A stretch of DNA of 64,000 nt. It comes from Eledone cirrhosa. Taxonomy: Eukaryota. Positions 11,327 through 19,630 of the stretch are shown here, piece after piece. The notes beneath the pieces were generated by a model. It worked only from the letters and a program-made list of their open reading frames with translations. It did no database searches and had not been told where the DNA came from. The first letter of the stretch is position 1, and each line of letters opens with the position of its first letter. A program made the position numbers and the translations under genes. The stretch covers positions 401,760,001-401,824,000 of the forward strand of contig OZ024741.1 of assembly GCA_964016885.1 (NCBI GenBank), in the 5' to 3' direction.

Positions 11327-11407
11327 CTAAGAGCCACTATACAGCTGAACCTGTCACTGGAAGAGCACCAGATTATTTTATATCAAGGAAACCAATTTCT
11401 GATCAAG
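11327..11407 (+). CDS. Host gene exon 4 (81 nt, phase 1-1): SKSHYTAEPVTGRAPDYFISRKPISDQ
   Basis: Acceptor ttttatttcctcaaag, donor gtatgt; open in the required phase; more GC-rich than the surrounding intron. Confidence 0.7.
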
Positions 11408-11454
11408 GTATGTTTCTACTTTGTATTAATATTTGTGTAGGTGTCACAACAAAA

Positions 11455-11690
11455 AAAAAACACACAGTCCACACGGTAATGTGGCCGTGTAGGTAACATG
11501 GTAAAAAGTTCCCAGTCCACACTGTAAACATGGTTAGTGTTAGGAAGGGCATCCAGCCATAGAAAACCTGCCAGATAGTCCTATACAAGCGAGACACGGT
11601 CACCCGACCAATCTTGCCTCAAGTGGGGCAACTCCCGTCTAACCCATGCTAGTGTGGAAGAAAGACATTAAACGATGATGATGATGATGA
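11455..11690 (+). mobile_element. RTE-type 3' tail or RTE-dependent SINE fragment with (TGA)n end
   Basis: ttaggaagggcatccagccatagaaa...cccgtctaacccatgctagtgtgga...aaacgatgatgatgat. Confidence 0.75.
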
Positions 11691-12075
11691 TTTCTAGAAA
11701 TAGGAAAGGGAAAGAGGTTTTGGAGGTACCATGACTACCAACGTTATTTTTCTAATTCAAGAAAGCTTTTAAATACAAGTTTGAAATCAGAGGCAATGGA
11801 AAGTACTTCCAGCTAGATCCTGTCAACAAAATCTCCATATGGTTTAAATACACAGCAAGTTTCCTATTTCCAAATGGCTAAATGTCAGCAAAAGGGCACC
11901 CAGGAGTCATGACCTGGATGTGGCCCAACACCCCTTAGAATGTAAGAAGTTAAGGGCTGAAACACTCACTTGAGGTGGGGTTTCTTCTCTGAAGACCTGC
12001 TGATGTCCAGCTCTCCTGAGAGTTTCTTACCACTATTGAATATTATTTTGTCTAACTTTACAATGGTATCTTTCA

Positions 12076-12340
12076 CTCCAATCCAATCCAGGACCTTCTC
12101 ACTCCTGTTGGAGGAACCCCTCCCTGGTTGACCTCCAATCCAATCCAGGACCTTCTCACTCCTGTTGGAGGAACCCCTCCCTGGTTGACCTCCAATCCAA
12201 TCCAGGACCTTCTCACTCCTGTTGGAGGAACCCCTCCCTGGTTGACCTCCAATCCAATCCAGGACCTTCTCACTCCTGTTGGAGGAACCCCTCCCTGGTT
12301 GACCTCCAATCCAATCCAGGACCTTCTCACTCCTGTTGGA
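12076..12340. repeat. 57-bp minisatellite, about 4.6 identical copies
   Basis: Unit ctccaatccaatccaggaccttctcactcctgttggaggaacccctccctggttgac; 19-aa periodicity in the overlapping ORFs. Confidence 0.95.
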
Positions 12341-12767
12341 TCTCCACACCTTTTGGTTTTGTTAGCATACTCACTCCACCGCACTTGTGGTCATTGACTA
12401 AACCGGTTCCCCCACCAGACCCTGGTTTGATGAGGCGGGTAAGTGGAATCCAACATAGTCCCTGGACAAAAAATAATACACTTATTTATAAGAAGAGTTG
12501 AAATTAATACATGAAAGATATCACAGCTCTAGCATCACTCCTTCATAGACTAGCCAAGATACTCTCATGGAATGACCAATTGAGGTTTATTTTTCAATAT
12601 AGTCCTTGGAAAGAAACAATACAGTTATTAAAATGAAGAGTTGAAATTAATGCATGTAAGATTTCACAGCTCTAACATCACTCCTTCATAGTCAGCCTAT
12701 GAACTTTTCATCCCACCCTCGCAAGTTGATTTTTCTGAGTGACAGTTTTAACTGTTGATGATAGACT

Positions 12768-13221
12768 TACTATATATATATTCAAATATGAGCCAGGTAA
12801 TATAATAATAATGAAATTATTGTGTACAGTGCTCAGGTGCACTACAACTCATAAAAGGTGCATGTATAGTACATAGAATAATATACAAATGTTAGGGAAG
12901 TGAATAGTGTATGAGTCATGATATACATGTGTGTGTGTGTATGGAGGGGGAATATTAGGTGTAGTGTTGGCGAATCTCAAGAAGCATGGAGGTTTTAAAG
13001 GATGCAGTGTCTCGACAGCTAACAACTGAACCAAAAACTCAACAGCTAATATCTAACCAAAAACTCGATGGTAAAATTAGGGTGGGGGAGGGGTTGGCTC
13101 ATATTCACCATCTAAATTCAATGTGTTGATTAGCTGTCTCAGCTTATAAATGGGGTTTGTATTTTTTCCCATTTCTCAGACATAAAATAAGGAGTTGGCT
13201 TATATTTGAGTATATACGGTA
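12768..13221. mobile_element. Degraded pogo/Tigger-like MITE with a nested CR1 tail
   Basis: Left end tactatatatatattcaaatatgagcc, right end ggcttatatttgagtatatacggta; related ends at 13442, 13750 and 14478. Confidence 0.5.
12800..13030 (-). mobile_element. CR1 3' end fragment
   Basis: Close match to 700-930. Confidence 0.9.
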
Positions 13222-13441
13222 AACCAGTTCAGGTGGAGATCTCTCAAAAGAATCATGGATACTTCTCATTCCATGTTTGCTAAACAGAATCCAAAAGAAA
13301 AAAAGATACAGCTTGAGAATTTTCATAAAACTATGTCTACAATGTTAATTTATATGGAAGACAGAAATTTCGGCAGCAGAAATGATTCTGTTTTTGTTGT
13401 ATTTGATGGCATGATGTTTTAACTTCACTATTTTATTACTT

Positions 13442-13750
13442 TACTGTATATCTTAAATATAAGCTGAGAAATATATGACCAAAATATCAATGGTAGAAGG
13501 GGGAGGGGTCAGCTTATATATTTTGACCGGTGGCCTGGAGGCTATCCATAATGCTGCATTGATCTGGCTCGCCAGTCACAACCTGCCTCTCTAGCTATTG
13601 TGCATGTCATACAACAAGAAGAATATTTGGACAATTTTTACCAACTTCAAATTCTACATAAATAAGGTTTGAATTTTTGCTCATTTCTCAGACATAAAAT
13701 AGTGGGGGTGGCTTATATTTGTATCAGCTTATAATCGAGTATATATGGTA
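13442..13750. mobile_element. Degraded pogo/Tigger-like MITE
   Basis: Imperfect TIRs tactgtatatcttaaatataagctga ... tcagcttataatcgagtatatatggta. Confidence 0.5.
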
Positions 13751-13756
13751 TATATG

Positions 13757-14096
13757 TGCATGAACGACCAAGCATAGATGAGTTGAGAGAGAAACTGGGT
13801 ATAAGAGGGATAAGTTGTGGTGTGCAGGAGAGAAAACTGAGATGGTATGGACATGTGATGCACATGGAGGATGACCCCCTGGGTAAAGAAGTGCCAAGAA
13901 ATCCCAGTAGAAGGAAGACGCAGTAGAGGAAGACCACGAAAAACATGGGCAGAGGTGGTGAGAGCAGACCTCAGATCACTGAAACTCACCGAGGAGATGA
14001 CGAAGGACCGTGACAAGTGGAGAGATGCTGTGCTGAATAAGACCCGTCCCACCTTTACAAGCAGGGAAAAGCGGACGTAAAATGATGATGATGATA
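13757..14096 (+). mobile_element. RTE LINE 3' fragment with (TGA)n tail
   Basis: LRWYGHVMHM, then ORF 13871-14080 WVKKCQEIPVEGRRSRGRPRKTW..DRDKWR; similar to 6115-6400. Confidence 0.88.
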
Positions 14097-14176
14097 TATA
14101 GCATATAAATATCCGGTTGGTTGGTTCAATAACCGGATGGTTGTTTATATATTGTCAAAGCTCTTTTGTCATACAT

Positions 14177-14304
14177 TATGTGACCTCCTCAGTGACTGGG
14201 TTTTTATTTTGTGCCTCTCCTTTGTTCTGTCCTAGACCAACAAGATGGTGTAGGACAGAACAAAGAAAGACACAAAATAAAAACCTAGTCACTGAGGTCA
14301 CATA
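14177..14304. repeat. Fold-back element, about 55-bp arms and 16-nt loop
   Basis: tatgtgacctcctcagtgactgggtttttattttgtgcctctcctttgttctgtccta ... taggacagaacaaagaaagacacaaaataaaaacctagtcactgaggtcacata. Confidence 0.85.
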
Positions 14305-14526
14305 TAATTCAAGGAATATGTAACAAAAAAAAATCAATGGTAGAAAGTGGGATCAACTTATATTCGAGGTCAATATTTTGACAATTTTCGCCAATTTCTA
14401 CATAAATTAATTTTAGATTTTTGCCCACTTCTCAGACATAACACAATGGGGTCAGCTTATATTGAAGTGTATTCGGTATTTAAATTATAGAATTTAATAT
14501 TTTTTATAATTTCTATTTGATTTTAG

Positions 14527-14580
14527 TAAATGAGAGAGAAAAAATAATAGATAATACATCTGGCTCACATGTTCCTTCAG
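14527..14580 (+). CDS. Host gene exon 5 (54 nt, phase 1-1): VNEREKIIDNTSGSHVPS
   Basis: Acceptor ttctatttgattttag, consensus donor CAG|gtaagt; open in phase. Confidence 0.75.
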
Positions 14581-14963
14581 GTAAGTTGATTACTTTCAAA
14601 TAAATCTATTTTAACAACTTTACGAATACATAATAACACAAATAAAGCACCCAGTCTATCCTGTAAATTAGTCGTGTTGGTGACATGACATGACAAAAGG
14701 AACCCGGCCTATACTGTAAATGTGGTTGGCATCCAGCTGTAGAAACCAAGCCCAAAACAATTCTAAATAAGTAATTTGGTAGAGAATAACCATTGTTGGA
14801 TTAAATTAAATAGAGTGCAATTCTTGAGCAACTTTATTTCCCGTTGCTTCAGTAGAAATACATATTGAGCAGTAATGTAGGTAATACAAAGCATTGTGAG
14901 ATATTTGGAATGATGTATTGTTGCACCTTACATTACCATAAATATACATTAATCAGTTTCCTA

Positions 14964-15645
14964 TTAAAACCTCCATGGAACAAATTACCTGCATCAGTTG
15001 TTAGCTGTTGTGACACTGCATCCTTTAAAACCTCCATGGAACAAACTACCTGCATCAGTTGTTAGCTGTCGTGATACTGCATCCTTTAAAACCTCCATGG
15101 AGCAAACTACCTGCATCAGTCGTTAGCTGTCGAGATACTGCATCCTTTAAAACCTCCATGGAACAAACTACCTGCATCAGTCGTTAGCTGTCGAGATACT
15201 GCATCCTTTAAAACCTCCATGGAACAAACTACCTGCATCAGTTGTTAGCTGTCGTGATACTGCATCCTTTAAAACCTCCATGGAACAAACTACCTGTATC
15301 AGTCGTTAGCTGTCGAGATACTGCATCCTTTAAAACCTCCATGGAACAAACTACCTGCATCAGTTGTTAGCTGTCGTGATACTGCATCCTTTAAAACCTC
15401 CATGGAACAAACTACCTGCATCAGTTAGCTGTCGAGATACTGTATCCTTTAAAACCTCCATGGAACAAACTACCTGCATCAGTTGTTAGCTGTCGAGATA
15501 CTGCATCCTTTAAAACCTCCATGGAACAAACTACCTGCATCAGTTGTTACCTGTCGAGACACTGCATCCTTTAAAACCTCCATGGAACAAACTACCTGCA
15601 TCAGTTGTTAGCTGTCGAGACACTGCATCCTTTAAAACCTCCATG
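14964..15645 (+). repeat. 61-bp minisatellite, 11 copies, made from the end of CR1 ORF2
   Basis: ctccatgg recurs every 61 bp from 14971 to 15639 (one unit is 58 bp); the unit encodes WNKLPASVVSCRDTASFKTSM as in the CR1 at 858-1604. Confidence 0.95.
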
Positions 15646-15822
15646 CTTCCTGAGATTCGCCAACACTACACCTAATATTCCCCTTCCATACACACGCACA
15701 CATGTATATCATGACTCATACACTATTCACTTCCCTGACATTTGTATATTATTCTATGTACTATACATGCACCTTTGATGAGTTGTAGTGCACCTGAGCA
15801 CTACACAATAATTTCATTTCAT
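15646..15822 (+). mobile_element. CR1 3'UTR continuing from the 61-bp array
   Basis: Reverse complement of 715-890 and of 12810-12990. Confidence 0.9.
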
Positions 15823-15846
15823 TTAGTAAAAGACTGATAATTGTTT

Positions 15847-15947
15847 TTTTAAAGCTGGTTCAATGTGGTAGAAAACACAGAGGACAAATGATGGGAAATT
15901 AAACATTTGCCCTTCGTATTTTCTACTGCATTGTACCGGCTTTAAAA
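15847..15947. repeat. Fold-back element, 44-bp arms and 13-nt loop
   Basis: ttttaaagctggttcaatgtggtagaaaacacagaggacaaatg ... catttgcccttcgtattttctactgcattgtaccggctttaaaa. Confidence 0.8.
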
Positions 15948-16134
15948 TATATATTGGAAACCAAAAGACTCTATTAAAGGGAACAGAAGAGGTGAACCTT
16001 CTTATATTTACCAGTTGACAGGTGTAAATATAGGAATGTTAAATTAGGAAATATATTTTCACAAAACTAAATCTAATAAGAGAATTTTTATTCTTTTGTT
16101 TTTTCTGGCAATAAGACTTATTTTATTTTACAAA

Positions 16135-16418
16135 AGGAAAGCACCCAGTCCACCCTGTAAAGTGGTCGTGTAGGTATCACGACAAATAGAACCCAGTTCA
16201 CACTGTGAAGTGGTCATGTAGGTGTATGACAAAAAGCACCCAGCACTCACTGTAAATGTGGTTGGTGTTAGGAAGGGCATCCAGCCATAGAAACCAAACC
16301 AAAATCAGTTCTGTATATGCAAGACATGGTCATCTGATATGACTTGTTTCAAAATAAGACAGCTCAACTAACCTACACTTGCATGGAAAAATGGATGTCA
16401 AACAGTGATGATGATGAT
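16135..16418 (+). mobile_element. RTE-type 3' tail or SINE fragment with a threefold internal repeat of about 47 bp
   Basis: Three copies of aaagcacccag..cactgtaaagtggt, then ttaggaagggcatccagcc and a tgatgatgat tail; a shorter relative lies at 14645-14760. Confidence 0.7.
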
Positions 16419-16531
16419 TAAAGCTGTTTATACAAAAACAAAACACACCATTGAAGGGAGAATTATATCTGACATTAAATAAATATACAAATTTCTTTGT
16501 CTGAAAAATTCTATTGTATTTTTTTTTCTAG

Positions 16532-16703
16532 TGTGTGTATTTGACAAATATACATTCATAAAAGAATTTGGCTTTGATGGTCCTAACATAATTGGTTGGA
16601 TTGAAAAAGATGGTATTAACGGCGCTACAAACGAAGATGAAGTAGTTTATATGGATGAAAAACTTGAAAATGGTGTTGTTGTTAATATTGCCTGTGCTAA
16701 ATG
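16532..16703 (+). CDS. Host gene exon 6 (172 nt, phase 1-2): VCVFDKYTFIKEFGFDGPNIIGWIEKDGINGATNEDEVVYMDEKLENGVVVNIACAK(C)
   Basis: Acceptor tttttttttctag, donor gtaagg; open frame; final TG joins T of the next exon to give Cys. Confidence 0.85.
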
Positions 16704-17142
16704 GTAAGGCTTGTACTATTATAGATAGTGTTGTTAATATTACTTGTACTAAATGATAAGGCTTGTACTATTATAGATAGTGTTGTTAATATTACTTGTA
16801 CTAAATGATAAGGCTTGTACTATTATAGATGGTGTTGTTAATATTACTTGTACTAAATGATAAGGCTTGTACTATTATAGATAGTGTTGTTAATATTACT
16901 TGTACTAAATGATAAGACTTGTACTATTATAGATGGTGTTGTTAATATTACTTGTACTAAATGATAAGACTTGTACTATTATAGATAGTGTTGTTAATAT
17001 TACTTGTACTAAATGATAAGACTTGTACTATTATAGATAGTGTTGTTAATATTACTTGTACTAAATGATAAGACTTGTACTATTATAGATGGTGTTGTTA
17101 ATATTACTTGTACTAAATGATAAGACTTGTACTATTATAGAT
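16671..17142 (+). repeat. 52-bp minisatellite, 9 copies, seeded by the exon 6 / intron junction
   Basis: atg(g/a)taag recurs every 52 bp from 16701 to 17117; the first copy overlaps the exon end and donor. Confidence 0.95.
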
Positions 17143-17177
17143 GTATAACTTCAATATATCTTTATATTTATCATCAA

Positions 17178-17390
17178 CAACAATGGTTTCTTATATAGGC
17201 ACAAGGCCAGCAATTTTGGGGGAGGGGAAAGTCGATTAAATCAACCCCAGTGCGTGACTGGTACTTTATTTTATCAACCCTGTAAGAATGAAAGGCAAAG
17301 TTAACCTCAGTGGGATTTGAACTCAGAACATAAAGGGCCATAACTCTATGCTGCAAAGCATATTGTCCGAGAATATCGATACTGCCATCA
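17178..17390 (-). mobile_element. tRNA-derived SINE (family A)
   Basis: ggcacaaggccagcaattttgg...ctggtactttattttatcaacc...gaaaggcaaagttaacctc...atttgaactcagaac. Confidence 0.85.
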
Positions 17391-17471
17391 ATAATAATAA
17401 TAATTGTTTCTTCAATGCCAGCAATTTTGGGGGGAGGGAAAATCAATTAAATTGACTCCAGTGTATTACTG

Positions 17472-17671
17472 GTAGATTGGCAGTATTGGCAGAGCGTCGA
17501 ACAATATGCTTCATAGCATAGAGTTACGGCCCTTTACATGGAGTTCAAATCCCACCAAGGTTAGCTTTGTCTTTCATCCTTCCTGGGTTGATAAAATAAT
17601 AACACACTGGGGTCGATTTAATCAACTTTCTCTTTCCTCAAAATTGCTGGCCTTGTGCCTAAAGTAGAAAC

Positions 17672-17690
<19 letters not shown>
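17472..17690 (+). mobile_element. tRNA-derived SINE (family A)
   Basis: gattggcagtattggcag (A box), gagttcaaatccc (B box), tttcatccttcctgggttgataaaat, (att)n tail. Confidence 0.85.
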
Positions 17691-17705
<15 letters not shown>

Positions 17706-17748
17706 TACATTATTATTAATTACATCTCATCCTCGTCGAGCTAAATTT

Positions 17749-17945
17749 TTAGGGCAGTGGATTGGCAGTATTGGTAGAGAGTCGGACACCATGCTTTGAT
17801 GCATAGAGTTACGGCCCTTGCTATTCTGAGTTCAAATCCCGCCGGGGTTAACTTTGCCTTTCATCCTTACGGGGTCGATAAAATAAAGTACCAGTAATAC
17901 ACTGAAATAATTACTGGCCTTGTGCCTAAAGTAGAAACAATTATT
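17749..17945 (+). mobile_element. tRNA-derived SINE (family A), full length
   Basis: ttagggcagtggattggcagtattggtagagagtcggac, B box gagttcaaatccc, core gcctttcatccttacggggtcgataaaataaagtaccag, tail agaaacaattattatt. Confidence 0.9.
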
Positions 17946-17997
17946 ATTAATTACAAATTCATGGTAATTAAAACATATTTTATAAATACTTTTTCAG

Positions 17998-18044
17998 TTT
18001 CTGTTTCTATGGTAATATAACATGTGAACATAAAATATGTGAGG
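17998..18044 (+). CDS. Host gene exon 7 (47 nt, phase 2-1): (C)FCFYGNITCEHKICE, completing a VWC/TILa-like motif
   Basis: Acceptor actttttcag, donor gtgagt; spliced to exon 6 gives CAKCFCFYGNITCEHKIC (C-x2-C-x-C-x2-G-x3-C-x4-C). Confidence 0.85.
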
Positions 18045-18162
18045 GTGAGTTTTGTTTTGATTTTAATTTTTGTTGTTTTTGTGTGTGTGTGTGGGGAGGG
18101 GGGGGGGGGGGGGTTATTTAAAATCTATATCATTTTTGATCAGTGTAACTCCCAATAATTCA

Positions 18163-19366
18163 TTGGTTGTTTCAGTGTCTTAACCTCACCATCACCTGGC
18201 CTTACCAAGGTGTCAGGTGATGCCCGTGGGGTACTTGGTTGTTTCAGTACCTTAGCCTCACCATCACCTGGCCTTACCAAGGTGTCAGGTGATGCCCGTG
18301 GGGTACTTGGTTGTTTCAGTACCTTAGCCTCACCATCACCTGGCCTTACCAAGGTGTCAGGTGATGCCCGTGGGGTACTTGGTTGTTTCAGTACCTTAGC
18401 CTCACCATCACCTGGCCTTACCGAGGTGTCAGGTGATGCCCGTGGGGTACTTGGTTGTTTCAGTACCTTAGCCTCGCCATCACCTGGCCTTACCAAGGTG
18501 TCAGGTGATGCCCGTGGGGTACTTGGTTGTTTCAGTACCTTAGCCTCGCCATCACCTGGCCTTACCGAGGTGTCAGGTGATGCCCGTGGGGTACTTGGTT
18601 GTTTCAGTACCTTAGCCTCGCCATCACCTGGCCTTACCAAGGTGTCAGGTGATGCCCGTGGGGTACTTGGTTGTTTCAGTACCTTAGCCTCGCCATCACC
18701 TGGCCTTACCGAGGTGTCAGGTGATGCCCGTGGGGTACTTGGTTGTTTCAGTACCTTAGCCTCGCCATCACCTGGCCTTACCAAGGTGTCAGGTGATGCC
18801 CGTGGGGTACTTGGTTGTTTCAGTACCTTAGCCTCGCCATCACCTGGCCTTACCGAGGTGTCAGGTGATGTCCGTGAGGGTACTTGGTTGTTTCAGTACC
18901 TTAGCCTCGCCATCACCTGGCCTTACCAAGGTGTCAGGTGATGCCCGTGGGGTACTTGGTTGTTTCAGTACCTTAGCCTCGCCATCACCTGGCCTTACCA
19001 AGGTGTCAGGTGATGTCCGTGAGGGTACTTGGTTGTTTCAGTACCTTAGCCTCGCCATCACCTGGCCTTACCAAGGTGTCAGGTGATGTCCGTGAGGGTA
19101 CTTGGTTGTTTCAGTACCTTAGCCTCGCCATCATCTGGCTTTACCGTGGTGTCAAGTGATGTCCGTGAGGGTACTTGGTTGTTTCAGTACCTTAGCCTCG
19201 CCATCACCTGGCCTTACCAAGGTGTCAGGTAATGCCCGTGAGGGTACTTGGTTGTTTAAGTACCTTAGCCTCGCCATCACCTGGCCTTACCAAGGTGTCA
19301 GGTGATGTCCGTGAGGGTACTTGGTTGTTTCAGCACCATAGTGCTGAAACAACCTCACCATCACCC
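18163..19366. repeat. 72/73-bp GC-rich hairpin minisatellite, 16 full copies plus a partial
   Basis: ttggttgtttcag recurs from 18163 to 19321; spacing is 72 bp on the left and mostly 73 bp on the right; each unit has the inverted pairs catcacctg/caggtgatg and agtacc/ggtact. Confidence 0.95.
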
Positions 19367-19630
19367 ATGACAATACTGCGAGTGTGCTGGTTTGCCTCAA
19401 AATTTTCCAATGACTCTTGTAATGTATGACCAATTGCCGTACTTAGTGATGATCATCACCATCATCACAATCATGATCTAATTAGTAGATATATAAAATA
19501 TATTTCATCAATTCAATAACATTAGAATATATCTTTTGTTCTACTGTGTTCTATTCTACAAATATATAATAAAACTCAGAATGTGAATTTCAGTGTTGAA
19601 CAATATACAAGGTCTGTTTAATGTTTTAAT

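Noticed and set aside
11966-12397. 19-aa repeat ORFs
   Set aside because: Artefact of the 57-bp minisatellite; several frames open and no exon context.
18163-19366. Hammerhead in the 72-bp unit (minus strand gtgatgg...ctgaaac)
   Set aside because: The core deviates from CUGANGA and stems II/III cannot be formed convincingly.
18140-19429. Repetitive ORFs of 214 and 243 aa
   Set aside because: By-product of a 72-bp unit; open on both strands and broken by the 73-bp units.
19594-19611. Possible 18-nt phase 1-1 microexon (VLNNIQ)
   Set aside because: Weak pyrimidine tract and weak donor gtctgt; unsupported without RNA data.
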